From a bacterium (GTDB lineage: Bacteria > UBA8248 > JACPRG01 > G963555815), in NCBI GenBank assembly GCA_965218795.1, contig OZ244653.1, forward strand, positions 3,424,001 through 3,488,000: a stretch of DNA of 64,000 bases, given 5' to 3'. A model generated the notes under the pieces. The model was given only the letters and a program-made list of their open reading frames with translations, had not been told where the DNA came from and ran no database searches. The translations under genes and the position numbers were made by a program. This document shows, in pieces, positions 33,281 to 45,151 of the stretch. Numbering within the stretch: position 1 is the first letter of the stretch; every line of letters begins with the position of its first letter.

Positions 33281-35128
33281 TCAAGAATGTTTCTTTTCAC
33301 CCTTGGCGCGCGCTCCTCCTTTTTCATCCCTCTCATCACCGGCTTGGGCGCTGACGGTTCCAGGCTGGGCGGAATCGGCAACCTCCGACTCGATTTCCAA
33401 CAACGTTTTTTCCCACTCATTCTCCACAACGTACTTTGCCCTGGCGATTCGCTCCCGGACAGGGTCCGAGACAATGACATCGAACTCCGCGCCTCCGGCC
33501 AGCCGCTCGGACGCCACATCGTGAAACTTGAGGATCAATCCCAAAAGACCGGTCTGTTTCGAGAGCGAAGCGTAGGCGTCCACCTCATCGAAGGCATTCT
33601 GGTGGAGAAAATCCTCCCGGATCGATCGGGCCGTCTCAAGGAGAAGGCGCTCCTCCAGCGAGAGGGCATCGATCCCGATCAGCCGGACAATTTCCTGTAG
33701 CTCCGCCTCCTTCTGGAGAATTTCCATCCCCCTCAGCCGGTTGGCCAGAAAGCCTTCTCCCGCAAAATCGGAGAAATAAGATGCCAACTGATCCAGGTAA
33801 AGAGAGTAGCTTCGGAGCCAGCTGATGGCCGGGAAGTGCCGCTGATACGCAAGGCCGGCCTCCAGGCTCCAAAAGACCGAGACGGTTCGCAGTGTGTTCT
33901 GGACCACGGGCTCGGAAAGATCACCGCCCTGGGGGGAAACCGCCCCGATCACCGTAACGGTGGCCTCCCTCTTGCCGGAACCCAAGCACTGGATGCGGCC
34001 GGCACGCTCATAGAAGGTTGCCACCCGGGTCCCCAGATAAGCCGGATATCCCTCCTCGCCCGGCATCTCCTCCAATCGCCCGGAGATTTCGCGCATCGCT
34101 TCGGCCCAGCGGGAGGTGGAGTCGGCCATGAGCGCTACGTTGTAGCCCATATCGCGAAAATACTCGGCAATTGTGATTCCCGTATAAACGGACGCCTCAC
34201 GCGCGGCCACGGGCATGTTCGAAGTGTTGGCGATGAGAATGGTTCGCTGCATCAGGGGGAGGCCCGTCCGGGCATCCGTGAGATGGGGGAATTCGAGGAG
34301 GACGTCCGTCATCTCGTTGCCACGCTCGCCGCAGCCGACGTAGACGATGATCTCAGCATCCGCCCACTTGGCCAACTGGTGTTGAATCACGGTCTTGCCG
34401 CTGCCGAACGGCCCGGGGATACACGCGGTGCCTCCCTTCGCCACGGGGAAAAACGTGTCCACCACCCGCTGGCCCGACAGGAGCGGCTCATTGGGCGGAA
34501 ACTTCCTGGCGTAGGGACGCCCCTTCCGCACCGGCCACCGCTGAAGCAGCCCGATCTCCCGGCGCTCGCCTCCCTCGGTTTCGATGACCGCCACCGTATC
34601 CTGTACGCGCATACCGCCCGAGCGGATCTCCGCAATCCTGCCGGCTGTATCGGGCGGTACGAGAATCCGATGTTCAACAGCCTCGGTCTCCTGGACGACG
34701 CCCAGGATGTCGCCTGCCGTGACCGTCTCACCGTCCTCCATGCCGGGGATAAAGTCCCACGTTTTTTCTCTGTCGAGGGCCGGCTGCTCCACCCCCCGGA
34801 CGATGAAATCGCCGACCTGGGCGCGGATTTCATCCAGCGGCCGCTGAATCCCGTCATAAATTCCCCCGAGCAGCCCGGGCCCCAGCTCGACCCCGAGCGG
34901 CATGCCGGTTGAAACAACCGGCTCCCCGGGGGCGACACCGCCGGTCTCTTCGTACACCTGGATCAGCGCGGATTCGCCTTCCAGACCAATGATCTCACCC
35001 ACCAACCCGCCTTCACCCACACGCACGACATCGTACATATGAACGTCGGGCAATCCCTCGGCGGTGACAACCGGCCCGTTGACCCGGACGATGACACCTG
35101 CGCCTGATCCGCGATCATCCTGTTGCAC
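33281..35128 (-). CDS. ntpA: V/A-type ATPase subunit A
   Basis: [42 protein letters not shown]. Confidence 0.98.
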   Translation of the reverse strand: MQQDDRGSGAGVIVRVNGPVVTAEGLPDVHMYDVVRVGEGGLVGEIIGLEGESALIQVYEETGGVAPGEPVVSTGMPLGVELGPGLLGGIYDGIQRPLDEIRAQVGDFIVRGVEQPALDREKTWDFIPGMEDGETVTAGDILGVVQETEAVEHRILVPPDTAGRIAEIRSGGMRVQDTVAVIETEGGERREIGLLQRWPVRKGRPYARKFPPNEPLLSGQRVVDTFFPVAKGGTACIPGPFGSGKTVIQHQLAKWADAEIIVYVGCGERGNEMTDVLLEFPHLTDARTGLPLMQRTILIANTSNMPVAAREASVYTGITIAEYFRDMGYNVALMADSTSRWAEAMREISGRLEEMPGEEGYPAYLGTRVATFYERAGRIQCLGSGKREATVTVIGAVSPQGGDLSEPVVQNTLRTVSVFWSLEAGLAYQRHFPAISWLRSYSLYLDQLASYFSDFAGEGFLANRLRGMEILQKEAELQEIVRLIGIDALSLEERLLLETARSIREDFLHQNAFDEVDAYASLSKQTGLLGLILKFHDVASERLAGGAEFDVIVSDPVRERIARAKYVVENEWEKTLLEIESEVADSAQPGTVSAQAGDERDEKGGARAKGEKKHS

Positions 35129-35271
35129 AATCTCTTGCCTTTATCGTAGGGCGTTTATCGGCGCCAACGGACCGCTTCGGTTTCGCAGTCCCCCCCCCCT
35201 AGCGCGGCGGCGCCGCAGCCGGATGATTGGAGGGCGTTGCCGTGTCCGCCCCCTTGCTTCTAAACCCCCTT

Positions 35272-35595
35272 CTACTCGACGGCCTGCAAGACCATGCTCG
35301 AGCCCAGGGCTTTTTCCACATTTCGTTTCAACCGTTCCTGACCGCCGCCTCCGGGCGAGGATACGCCGGGAAGGACTGCCACGGCCGGCAGTGACCGGGC
35401 CCGCAACGGTTCCAGGGCATCCCCGGCCCACCGGGCGCATTCCTCTGTCACCAGGAGAACCGCGCAGCCCTCTTTCACGGCGCGGATCACTTGCGCCAAG
35501 GCCGAATCGGGGTCTTCCGCTTCGAGGACTTTCACTCCCAAAGGACGAAAGGCCAGCGTGGAAACGCGGTCCCCTACAAAAAACGCCTTAGACAT
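35272..35595 (-). CDS. V/A-type ATPase subunit F
   Basis: VGDRVSTLAFRPLGV..NVEKALG; between C and A. Confidence 0.88.
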   Translation of the reverse strand: MSKAFFVGDRVSTLAFRPLGVKVLEAEDPDSALAQVIRAVKEGCAVLLVTEECARWAGDALEPLRARSLPAVAVLPGVSSPGGGGQERLKRNVEKALGSSMVLQAVE

Positions 35596-36607
35596 AGGGC
35601 CTCCGAAGATCCGTCAGAATGCTTTCGCTGTCTTCGCTACGGGAAATCCCGCTCAGAATTCGGCGGACGTTTTTCACTTCCATCTCGACGCCATGAAGGT
35701 ATCCGATAAGAGGTTCGGGCCCGAATGAAAGGTACTTGGCGGAGTGAACAAACTCGGTCATGTGATCGTCTATCAACTGCTCCAAGCGATGACCGATCTC
35801 GGATTCATCATTCACCCGTTGCAAAGGGTCCAGCAGGCTTTCCAGCGACGTTCCCGCAAAGACCGCGGCCAGTGAGGCGGCGACCCCCGAGCCGCCCCCG
35901 GAAGAAGCCTCCAGGAAATGCGCATACGGCAGCGTCCCCCCAGGGATCAACCACGACTGAACCTCTTGTCGATCGGCGCTTCTCAGCTTCCCCCGAAGGG
36001 CCGTGCTCAGATTCAGCAGATCCGCGCGCAAGGAAAAAAACTGGCGGGCGAATGGAACGGGATGCTCGGAAAGACGCCGAAAGATGATATGGAACATCTC
36101 GGCGTCGAGGAATCGATCAATCACGTGGGGTCGGGTTTCCCGCGCAAGGGCCTCGGACAGCTTCGCAACCGCCTCGCTGTAATCCAAAGGGGGCGTCCCC
36201 GGAAGAAGGAAGTCGGCTTCCTCCAGCATTCGGTCGAGCTGTTCAGGCTCTGCAGAATCACCGAACGCATGCCGGCGCGCCCAACCCTTGAGCCGGAGAA
36301 AATCCCACCGGATGGCGAACGTCCTCGCAATCGGAGCGGCGGGCATCATCAATGAAACTTCACGGATCGACTCTTCGAGACGCTCTTTCAACAGGGCTTC
36401 GATGTCGGGAGGATCTCCGGCGATCCCTTCTCCCCACCACTGGGTGGCGTCGCGCAGCGCCTCCCACGCGCCTTCGACCGATCGGCTCTCCGCCGCCCGC
36501 TCGAAGTGAAACCGCCTGAGGAGGGCGTTCTCCATCACCCGGATCCGGCCCACGGAAAAGATGTAAGCCTCCGCCTCGTTAATGGAACCGGTATACAGAC
36601 CCAGCAT
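35588..36607 (-). CDS. ntpC: V/A-type ATPase subunit C
   Basis: GRIRVMENALL, DLLNL, FGPEPLIGYL..EVKNVRRIL. Confidence 0.88.
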   Translation of the reverse strand: MLGLYTGSINEAEAYIFSVGRIRVMENALLRRFHFERAAESRSVEGAWEALRDATQWWGEGIAGDPPDIEALLKERLEESIREVSLMMPAAPIARTFAIRWDFLRLKGWARRHAFGDSAEPEQLDRMLEEADFLLPGTPPLDYSEAVAKLSEALARETRPHVIDRFLDAEMFHIIFRRLSEHPVPFARQFFSLRADLLNLSTALRGKLRSADRQEVQSWLIPGGTLPYAHFLEASSGGGSGVAASLAAVFAGTSLESLLDPLQRVNDESEIGHRLEQLIDDHMTEFVHSAKYLSFGPEPLIGYLHGVEMEVKNVRRILSGISRSEDSESILTDLRRPYV

Positions 36608-37227
36608 CAGCCGCCCGCCTTCGCGGAACCTTCTTCACCAAAAAGCAGACGGGCGACCCGCTCTTCGAGCCGCTCTCTCACTTGACGGATCATAAGGTCC
36701 AAAGAGAGGTTCACCTCCACCCCACGGCCGCGAAGAACCGCGCCGGACGTCAGATCCGGATCCTCTTCGGCCAGCCGGATCGATCCCTTCCGGCCCTGCG
36801 CCGAGAGCTCACGGTTCAATTTCTCAACGAATGTTGTCCCCCACGCATCCCGATCCGTCCGCGGCAGCGCAAGCGCTTCCTCTCCGGTCTCGACCGCGTT
36901 CAAGAGAGCTTGACGGAGGGCCGAGCGGAATTCATCTCCGGAGGCCGCGAACGCATCCAAGGCAGAACCGAAGGCATCATCCAAGACCGCCTGCTTCTCG
37001 GCCAAAACGGCCTTTCTGGAGACAAGGCGGGCATCGGTGGCCATTCGCTCTTTTCGCGCTTCCGCGTCCTGCCTGGCGCGCCGCAGCAATCTTCGCTCCA
37101 GGTCTTCCGCTTCGACCGCTCCCCGTGAGCGAATCGAATCGGCTTCCCCCCTGGCCGCCGCGACACGCGCCTCGGCTTCGGTCCTCGCCCCATCAAGCAC
37201 ATTCGACCTGATCTCTTCCAGACCCAA
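36607..37227 (-). CDS. ntpE: V/A-type ATPase subunit E
   Basis: MGLEEIRSNVL coiled coil, GAVL..EVNLS, VARLLF. Confidence 0.88.
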   Translation of the reverse strand: MGLEEIRSNVLDGARTEAEARVAAARGEADSIRSRGAVEAEDLERRLLRRARQDAEARKERMATDARLVSRKAVLAEKQAVLDDAFGSALDAFAASGDEFRSALRQALLNAVETGEEALALPRTDRDAWGTTFVEKLNRELSAQGRKGSIRLAEEDPDLTSGAVLRGRGVEVNLSLDLMIRQVRERLEERVARLLFGEEGSAKAGG

Positions 37228-37291
37228 TTTGAAAATCCGAAAAAGTTTGCCGCCGTCATCCGACCGCGCGAAGGGTCGGACCTCCGTTTCA

Positions 37292-37816
<525 letters not shown>

Positions 37817-37872
37817 TCATCTCTCCATCCGCTGTCCTCAGCAGCGCAAACGGCCGGGTCGATGAAATCGAC

Positions 37873-39906
37873 TCAAGTCTCCAAAGCTACATAACGGGGG
37901 GCCGAGCGGAACGGCGCCATCGCCCGGCCTCCTCCTTCATAGAATTTCGAAAAGAATTCGACGTACTGAAGACGCGCGGAATGGATAAAAGCCCCCATCG
38001 AGCTGATCACCAGATTGAAGGCATGCCCGACGATATAAACCAGAGCCATCAACAATACACCGGCATACGGAACCTGGCCCAAGAGCTCCGTCAATGTGTT
38101 CACGACAACCGCGATGACCCCCGTCGCCAATCCCAGGGCAAAGAGCCTCGAATAAGAAAGGATATCGCCAAGATAATTAACAAGGCCGTAAACCCCCAAG
38201 AGGCCTCCGCCAAACTTGGCGAATATGTTCTTGTACTCTCTCCCCCGCGCGAGGATTGTCGTCCCGACCGCGAGGGCGGCCATCCAGTTCGCAACGGGAA
38301 CGAGAAACTCCGGCAGCAGGTCCGCGCCGGAAAGTCCAAAGAAAAGAAATCCCGAAAGAAGGAAAATCTCGACGCCTTCATTCAAAACCGCTTCGCGCGA
38401 TCCTTCTCGGGCGCGGGTTGCAACGAACTTGGCCACCAGTCCGACATAAATCTGAATCACCCCGAGAATCAGAGAAAGAATGAGGAAAGGAACAGGATTC
38501 CTGATCGGGTCCAGCACCAGAATCGAATCCGCCCACCGATCCAGAAAACCAAGGCTTTCGGGGAGGATCTTCGGCGTGTTGCCTAACCAGCCGCCGACGA
38601 ACGCGCCGAATATCAACGCAGAGATACCTCCCAAAAAGAGGAGGCGAAAGAACTTCTTCGCCGTAGGACTCAGCGTCATCTTGCGAAGTCCCCATCCGAA
38701 GAGAAGCGCGATAAGAAGACCGTACCCGGAATCCGTCAGGCAAAGTCCGAAAAAAACAAAGAAAAACGGTGTCAGAAGCGGCGTGGGATCGGCTTCGGAA
38801 TGCTTCGGAAGTCCATAGAGCCCGGTGAGAACCGAGAAAGGGCGCGTGATCGGTGTGTTTTCCAATTGGATGGGAGGGTCGTCACCCGGATCATTCTCAA
38901 AAAACTCCACGTGCGGATGAAGAACAGCTTTGGAGAGGCTTTCCCGGAGCTCTTCTTTCTTATTCTCGAGGATCCAGCCCACCGCCAAAGCGACATCCCC
39001 CGCACGAACGAGCCAGCCCTCGGCCTCCTTGCGGGCTTTCAAAAGCTCAACGTAATCCGATGCGGCCCGGAGCGCTTCCCGATGAGCCGATAGCTGCCGC
39101 GCAATACCGACGACCTCGAGGCGCTCGGCCTCGAGCGCCTCGCTCCTGTCTCGCAATCCCGCGAGAATCTCGGCGGGCGTTCCGGCCCAGGCGATGTCAC
39201 TGCCGGTATCCTCTTCCAATTTTCGAGATACGGCCGGCCTCTCTACAACCGTAAGGGCGGAATCGCGAATCGCCTCATCCGCGGCCTCTTGATCCCCTGC
39301 CAGACAGACAACCAGGAAACGTTCTGTGTCCTTGCCGCCGGCCAGGCTGTCGAAGCAGACCCGCTCGGCCACCTCTCCCAAAGCGTGCCTCAGCGTTGTT
39401 TGTGATCCCACCGGCCCCGTAACCATGAGTACCGCCGCCGACTTCAGCCCCTCGAGCTCCGACAGGCGCACATCCACATCCCGCCAAGGCTCAAGGGCCT
39501 CCGCCAGCTGCTGACCGCGGGTTTCTTCCGCAGAGATTTCCTGGAGCCGGGCCTCCGCCTCACGAACCCGGCCGTAGACTTGATCCAAGGGAAATCCCCG
39601 GAACTGATCGGCAAGGTCCTCAAGATTGAAGCCGGGCTTTGGAGAGAAGAGACTTTTCAGGCCGCCGGGTTCCGGCGCGTGGGCGTCCAGAAAAGCGAGG
39701 CTTCGGCGCAGGGCGGTGGATTCTTTTTCGAGGTCGAACAGGCGAGCCCCCAAGGGTCGGGTGACCGATAGCTCATCGTCTTGCACGGGCCAAGCCTCCG
39801 CGGGGATCAGTTCGACCAGCCCGTTCGACTGAAGGGCGCCCAGAAGCACGGGCGCGGCGCCCGCATGGACAGCCATGAGAACCCGCTGAGCCTTAACGAC
39901 TGCCAC
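37873..39906 (-). CDS. ntpI: V/A-type ATPase subunit I
   Basis: DPTP..FFFVFFGLCLTDSGYG, DILSYSRLFALGLA, HSARLQYVEFFSKFY. Confidence 0.96.
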   Translation of the reverse strand: MAVVKAQRVLMAVHAGAAPVLLGALQSNGLVELIPAEAWPVQDDELSVTRPLGARLFDLEKESTALRRSLAFLDAHAPEPGGLKSLFSPKPGFNLEDLADQFRGFPLDQVYGRVREAEARLQEISAEETRGQQLAEALEPWRDVDVRLSELEGLKSAAVLMVTGPVGSQTTLRHALGEVAERVCFDSLAGGKDTERFLVVCLAGDQEAADEAIRDSALTVVERPAVSRKLEEDTGSDIAWAGTPAEILAGLRDRSEALEAERLEVVGIARQLSAHREALRAASDYVELLKARKEAEGWLVRAGDVALAVGWILENKKEELRESLSKAVLHPHVEFFENDPGDDPPIQLENTPITRPFSVLTGLYGLPKHSEADPTPLLTPFFFVFFGLCLTDSGYGLLIALLFGWGLRKMTLSPTAKKFFRLLFLGGISALIFGAFVGGWLGNTPKILPESLGFLDRWADSILVLDPIRNPVPFLILSLILGVIQIYVGLVAKFVATRAREGSREAVLNEGVEIFLLSGFLFFGLSGADLLPEFLVPVANWMAALAVGTTILARGREYKNIFAKFGGGLLGVYGLVNYLGDILSYSRLFALGLATGVIAVVVNTLTELLGQVPYAGVLLMALVYIVGHAFNLVISSMGAFIHSARLQYVEFFSKFYEGGGRAMAPFRSAPRYVALET

Positions 39907-40225
39907 AGATCTCTCTCATCTCTTTGAGTACCAGGTCGACTGCATCCGCCCTTCGGGATTTCACCCATTCTTTCAGGCGGCACAATTCCTCCTGCGACTC
40001 TTGGACGATTCGATCGGCGAGTTCTCTGCCTTCTGATTCCGCGGCCGCAATCAATCGTTCCCGCTCGGCAGCGCACCTGGCTTCAACTGCGGAGATCTGT
40101 TCCGCCGAATCGGCTCGTGCCTTTTCTATCAGCCCCTCCGCCTCTTCCTCGGAACGACGGCTGATCGCCTCGGCCTCCGCTTCCCAGGCCGCAATATCAC
40201 GAATCACCTCACCGATCTTTGACAT
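39893..40225 (-). CDS. V/A-type ATPase subunit G/H (peripheral stalk)
   Basis: Short Glu/Ala/Arg helical protein, first in the V-type operon, overlapping the ntpI start. Confidence 0.75.
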   Translation of the reverse strand: MSKIGEVIRDIAAWEAEAEAISRRSEEEAEGLIEKARADSAEQISAVEARCAAERERLIAAAESEGRELADRIVQESQEELCRLKEWVKSRRADAVDLVLKEMREICGSR

Positions 40226-40426
40226 GGACGCGAGCTTTATGGGTGTCAGTCGAAAAATACAGGCCGGGATCGGCAATGGAGCGACCATTTAATTAAGTTT
40301 TTTCTTCCGCCTGCGCAATCATTTTGTCCGCTCCTCCCACCCGGCAATTCCAACACGGGTAGCCTTTCGATACCACCCCGTCGAATCCCGACCCAGAAGA
40401 CAGGAAGTCGGAGTGAGAGTAGAAGC

Positions 40427-41296
40427 TCACCGTTTCAAGAGATCGACGATCCGTATGAGGTCTTCATTCGAATAGTATTCTAAATTTATTCGTCCTTTAT
40501 TTGTATCTCCGCTAATTGAAACCTTCGTCCCGAACTTTCTCTTCAAGTCCTCCACAGCCTGCCGGACGTGAACATCATTTGCGGCAGCAGGTTTTTCCCG
40601 GCTGGAGCGTTGCGGACGGCTCACAATCGCTTCCGTTTCACGGACGGACAGCCCTTGGGCCTTAATCCGCTCGGCCAGTCCTATTTGGGCAACGGCCGTC
40701 GGAAGGGTCAGAAGGGCTCGGGCATGGCCGGCGGAGATGGTTCCCGAGGCGACATCGGCCTGGAGGGATTTTGGCAATCGCAATAATCTCAAGAAGTTGG
40801 CAACAGTCGACCGATTTTTCCCAACCCTCGCCGCCGCCTCATCCTGCGAGAGACCGAATTCCTCTATCAGCCGGACATAGGCTTCGGCCTCCTCGATTGG
40901 ATTCAAATCCTCGCGCTGGAGATTCTCGATGACCGATACTTCCATAACCTTTCGATCATCCGCCTCCATAATGATCGCCGGGATGGTCTCGAGGCCGGCA
41001 ATCCCTGACGCGCGCCATCGCCGCTCCCCCGCTATGATTTCATACTGGCCGCCAGGCAACGCGCGCAAGATTAGAGGCTGAATCACTCCACCCGCCTTGA
41101 TCGATTCAGCAAGTTCGCGGAGGGCGCCTTCCTCGAACCTTCTTCTGGGCTGATGGCCGCCCGGCTGAATCCTGGACAGTGAAACCTCGGCAACGGTAGC
41201 GCCTGTTTCAGTCCGGCCGATTGCGGGATCCCTTGAAACTGGAGGCATTTCCGGAATGAGTGCCGCCAGGCCTCGACCGAGTCGTTTTTTCTCCAT
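40427..41296 (-). CDS. parB: Chromosome partitioning protein ParB
   Basis: RLGRGLAALI, GVIQP, IIAGERRWRA, IENLQREDLN, GHARALL. Confidence 0.97.
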   Translation of the reverse strand: MEKKRLGRGLAALIPEMPPVSRDPAIGRTETGATVAEVSLSRIQPGGHQPRRRFEEGALRELAESIKAGGVIQPLILRALPGGQYEIIAGERRWRASGIAGLETIPAIIMEADDRKVMEVSVIENLQREDLNPIEEAEAYVRLIEEFGLSQDEAAARVGKNRSTVANFLRLLRLPKSLQADVASGTISAGHARALLTLPTAVAQIGLAERIKAQGLSVRETEAIVSRPQRSSREKPAAANDVHVRQAVEDLKRKFGTKVSISGDTNKGRINLEYYSNEDLIRIVDLLKR

Positions 41297-41362
41297 TTTG
41301 GAGTCCTCACGCAATCCGGTGAACCGTAGATTTTCAGAAGGGAACTCTGCCGTACTGTCCGA

Positions 41363-42124
41363 CTAGCCTCTGGCGATGACCTCCCCCGCCAAGCGAAGAT
41401 AAGCCGCGGCGCCCTTTGAATTGATATCGTACTGGATAATGGGTTTCCCGTAGCTTGGGGCTTCGCTGAGCCTGACATTTCTGGGAACTACCGTATCAAA
41501 TATCTTGCCCTGGAAATTTTCACGGACGTCAGCCGCGACCTGACTTGCCAGCGAGGTCCTGCTATCGAACATCGTCAACAGGACACCCTCTGTCTGCAAA
41601 TTCGGGTTTAGCCCGGACTGGACGCGAGAGACTGTACGGATCAGATTCGAGAGGCCCTCGAGCGCATAGTATTCGCACTGGAGCGGGACGATGATCGAAT
41701 CGGCGGCCACAAGGGCATTGAGGGTCAAGAGTCCGAGGGAAGGCGGACAGTCAATCAGAACGTAACCATAAATTCCTGATATCGGCTGAAGCGCCTCGCG
41801 TAGCCGGAACTCGCGTCTTTCGGCCCGTGCAAGCTCCATTTCAGCAACCGTAAGGTCGATTCCGGACGGCACAAGGTCCAAGAAGCCGAGGGTTGTCTTT
41901 TGGGTAACCGATATGACCGGACTTTGATCGACAAGCATGGCGTAGGCTCCGCCATCGGGTCCCGGGTCTTCGATCCCAAGGCCCGATGTGGCATTTCCCT
42001 GGGGGTCGAAATCTATGAGCAGGGTCTTCCGCTCGACTGCGGCCAGGCAGGCAGCCAGATTGACGGCAGTCGTTGTTTTGCCTACCCCTCCCTTCTGGTT
42101 GACGATCGCGATGGTTCTGGCCAT
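41363..42124 (-). CDS. parA: ParA/Soj ATPase
   Basis: NQKGGVGKTT, DPQGNAT, IDCPPSL, QCEYYALEG, PRNVRLSEAPS. Confidence 0.98.
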   Translation of the reverse strand: MARTIAIVNQKGGVGKTTTAVNLAACLAAVERKTLLIDFDPQGNATSGLGIEDPGPDGGAYAMLVDQSPVISVTQKTTLGFLDLVPSGIDLTVAEMELARAERREFRLREALQPISGIYGYVLIDCPPSLGLLTLNALVAADSIIVPLQCEYYALEGLSNLIRTVSRVQSGLNPNLQTEGVLLTMFDSRTSLASQVAADVRENFQGKIFDTVVPRNVRLSEAPSYGKPIIQYDINSKGAAAYLRLAGEVIARG

Positions 42125-42150
42125 TCTTCCTTGGGCCTCAGTCTCGAAGA

Positions 42151-42214
42151 AGTTTCACGTGAAACAACACAGGAGGCAGTTTACCAAAATTCTGCGGATG
42201 TTTCACGTGAAACA
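42151..42214. promoter_or_regulatory. Two parS sites
   Basis: AGTTTCACGTGAAACA (42151-42166) and perfect TGTTTCACGTGAAACA (42199-42214) just upstream of parA. Confidence 0.95.
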
Positions 42215-42361
42215 TCCAATCATTTGGAGCGGGAAACGGGCTTTCATGCTCACAATACCCCCTTCGGCTGGTGGAAGAACAGAATTTCCGTCAATAGCTG
42301 AATCACACCAATGGGGGGGCGGGTTTGAATTTCAATCTACGCGACCATAAAGCCTCCAATG

Positions 42362-43012
42362 CTAATCCGTACGCTTCAACCTGACCACCGCTCCCCTATC
42401 CACCTTCAAACGCTTAGCCACAACCGCATGATGATTGGCAAGCATGGGCCCGGCCTCCTTCAGTTCCTTGTCGCCATTCTCGCCCTGCCGAATCAGAAGA
42501 ACGCCCTCCCGATCCAAAAGAGGCCAAACCAGCGGGAGCAGCTCGCCAATCGGGGCAACCGCTCTCGAAAAAACAGCATCAAAACCGCCGATACCGATCC
42601 TCTCTTCCGAGATGTTTTCGACACGATCACAAATGATCCTGAAATTTCCGACACCGATTTCCCTTATCGCTTCCGACAAGAACGCTGATTTGCGGGCGTT
42701 TGACTCCACCATGGACACCCGAATGTTCTGAAACAATATTCCGATCGGGATCCCGACGATGCCCGCTCCCGCGCCAACGTCAAGAACGATATCCCCTGTC
42801 AAGGGTTCCCAAATCTTCAAGAAATCCAAGGTTCCGGGGAGCAGGCGGCGGGCGACCTCCTCCGAATTCCGAAGGCCCGTCAAGCGGACATTGCTGTTCC
42901 ATTTCTCCAGAAGAGTCAGATAATCCGCAAGCGCCAAGGCCTGAGTCTCGTCCAGCGGCACCCCTTCGGCGGAAAAGCACTCTTTTAAGACATCCGTAAG
43001 ATTTGATTCCAT
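42362..43012 (-). CDS. rsmG: 16S rRNA m7G527 methyltransferase
   Basis: LLEKWNSNVRLT, LDVGAGAG..GIP, VESNARK, SRAV; between mnmG and parA. Confidence 0.92.
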   Translation of the reverse strand: MESNLTDVLKECFSAEGVPLDETQALALADYLTLLEKWNSNVRLTGLRNSEEVARRLLPGTLDFLKIWEPLTGDIVLDVGAGAGIVGIPIGILFQNIRVSMVESNARKSAFLSEAIREIGVGNFRIICDRVENISEERIGIGGFDAVFSRAVAPIGELLPLVWPLLDREGVLLIRQGENGDKELKEAGPMLANHHAVVAKRLKVDRGAVVRLKRTD

Positions 43013-43020
43013 CGCCGTGT

Positions 43021-44916
43021 TCAGGCGGCTGACCTCCGCAGCCTTTCCAAGTGAACCATAAGGAGACCGATGGCCGAGGGCGTTACCCCGGAAATCCTGG
43101 CTGCCTGACCAAGAGTTCGGGGGCGGATGGCGTCCAGTTTTTCTTCGACCTCTGCCGACAGCCCCGTAATCATTTTAAAATCAAATCCTTCTGGAATCCT
43201 TCGCTCCTCGAGCCCCCGAATTCGATCCACCTGCTTCCGTTGCCTCGCAATGTACCCATCATATTTCACGGCAATCTCGACCTGCTCCACCGCTTCGGGC
43301 GACAGGCCGGCCTCTCCCGCTATCGATGCGTTCTCTTGCAGGTTGGGCGCAAGGGAAATGACGGACTCATAGCTCAGTTCCGGGCGGCGCAGAAGCTCCT
43401 CAAGGGTGGCGGGCGATTGAAGCGGTGGCGTGTTCAGGCGGGCCAGTTTGCGATTGCATTCCGAACCGGGACTCAACCGGGTCGCCCTCAGGAATGAGAG
43501 AGCGCGTTCAACAGCCTCCCGTTTACCTTGAAACTTCACGAAATCGGAATCGCCGACAAGTCCGATTTCACGGCCGAGGTCGCGAAGCCGCATGTCGGCG
43601 TTGTCGTTTCGAAGGAGGAGGCGGAACTCCGCACGCGATGTGAACATTCGGTAAGGCTCTTTCGTGCCCTTGGTCACCAGGTCGTCAATGAGAACGCCGA
43701 TGTACGCCTGTTCCCTGCCGAGCACGACCGGCTCCCTTCTCTGGACCGAAAGGGCGGCGTTGATACCGGCCATGAACCCCTGGGCGGCGGCCTCCTCATA
43801 TCCGGTCGTCCCGTTCAGCTGACCGGCGTGGTAGAGGCCGCGGACGATCTTCGTTTCCAGCGTGGAGCGAAGTTGCGTGGGCGGGATGAAATCATACTCC
43901 ACCGCGTAACCGGGCCTGGTCATCTCAACCTCTTCCAACCCGGCAATGGTGCGGACAAACTGAAGCTGGATGTCTTCGGGCAGGCTCGTCGAGATCCCGT
44001 TGGGATAGACTTCGTGGGTGTCCAGGCCCTCGGGCTCAAGGAAAACCTGATGGCCCTTCTTCTCGGCGAACCGGACCACCTTGTCTTCAATCGATGGGCA
44101 ATACCGCGGCCCAGTGCCGATGATAGCCCCTGAATAAAGGGGCGAGTGCTTCATGTTTTCGCGGATGATCTCGTTCGTCCGCTCATTCGTACAGGTCAAA
44201 TGGCACGGAATCTGCCCTCTCTCGATTCTCTCCGTGGAATAGGAGAATGGGGGGGGCGGCTCATCGCCTGGCTGAACATCAAGCCTTTTAAAATCAATGG
44301 ATTCTCCATCCAGGCGGGGCGGGGTTCCGGTCTTCAGCCGGGCGACTTGAAACCCTTTGGCCTTTAGGTTGTCCGACAGGCCGAGCGCCGGGGACTCCCC
44401 CATCCGACCGGCCCGAATTTGCTGTGACCCGACATGGATCAGGCCGTTCAGGAAGGTCCCGGGGGTCAGGACAATGGTCCGGCCGCAGATCTCTTCTCCG
44501 GCCTCGGTCAGAACACCGCGAACGCGGCCGCCTTCGACCAGAACGTCGACAACCATCCCGCTTTTCAGGGTGAGGCCGGGCTGATGATGCAGAACCTGAA
44601 CGGCGTGAGAGCGATAAAGGTTCCGGTCGGCCTGCGCGCGCAGCGCGCGAACGGCGGGACCCTTCCGGGTGTTGAGCATCCTGAACTGAATGCCCGTGGC
44701 GTCGATCATCTTCGCCATCTCACCGCCGAGCGCGTCGATCTCGCGGACGAGATGGCCTTTCGCAATTCCGCCGATTGCTGGATTGCAGGACATCTGGCCG
44801 ATGCGCTGCAGGTCGCCCGTGACCATCAAGGTGTCTGCGCCCAGACGCGCGGCTGCAAGACAGGCCTCGATTCCCGCGTGCCCCGCGCCGACCACAATGA
44901 CGTCATGCGCCTTCAT
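43021..44916 (-). CDS. mnmG: tRNA uridine 5-carboxymethylaminomethyl modification enzyme
   Basis: [48 protein letters not shown]. Confidence 0.98.
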   Translation of the reverse strand: MKAHDVIVVGAGHAGIEACLAAARLGADTLMVTGDLQRIGQMSCNPAIGGIAKGHLVREIDALGGEMAKMIDATGIQFRMLNTRKGPAVRALRAQADRNLYRSHAVQVLHHQPGLTLKSGMVVDVLVEGGRVRGVLTEAGEEICGRTIVLTPGTFLNGLIHVGSQQIRAGRMGESPALGLSDNLKAKGFQVARLKTGTPPRLDGESIDFKRLDVQPGDEPPPPFSYSTERIERGQIPCHLTCTNERTNEIIRENMKHSPLYSGAIIGTGPRYCPSIEDKVVRFAEKKGHQVFLEPEGLDTHEVYPNGISTSLPEDIQLQFVRTIAGLEEVEMTRPGYAVEYDFIPPTQLRSTLETKIVRGLYHAGQLNGTTGYEEAAAQGFMAGINAALSVQRREPVVLGREQAYIGVLIDDLVTKGTKEPYRMFTSRAEFRLLLRNDNADMRLRDLGREIGLVGDSDFVKFQGKREAVERALSFLRATRLSPGSECNRKLARLNTPPLQSPATLEELLRRPELSYESVISLAPNLQENASIAGEAGLSPEAVEQVEIAVKYDGYIARQRKQVDRIRGLEERRIPEGFDFKMITGLSAEVEEKLDAIRPRTLGQAARISGVTPSAIGLLMVHLERLRRSAA

Positions 44917-45044
44917 GTCGTGGAGCCCCTCCCTGATGCCGCAGGCCGCTTGCCCATTGTCAATCAAATCGTCCGTTTCATTTTATTCCTTTGCGCAAAA
45001 TTTGCCAGCCGGACCCGGGCAGTGAAACGGAAACATGCGGACAT

Positions 45045-45062
45045 TTGTGAAATGCTTCACAA
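45045..45062. promoter_or_regulatory. Rex-consensus operator TTGTGAA-ATGC-TTCACAA (also fits CRP TGTGA-N6-TCACA)
   Basis: Perfect 7-4-7 inverted repeat in the mnmE-mnmG gap. Confidence 0.65.
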
Positions 45063-45151
45063 GCAACTGTGGGTGCGGCCGCTTTTGGACCGTTGATCGC
45101 AGACGATGGTGCAGAATCAATCCCGGACCCCTCGGGGCGGAGAACTTCGAT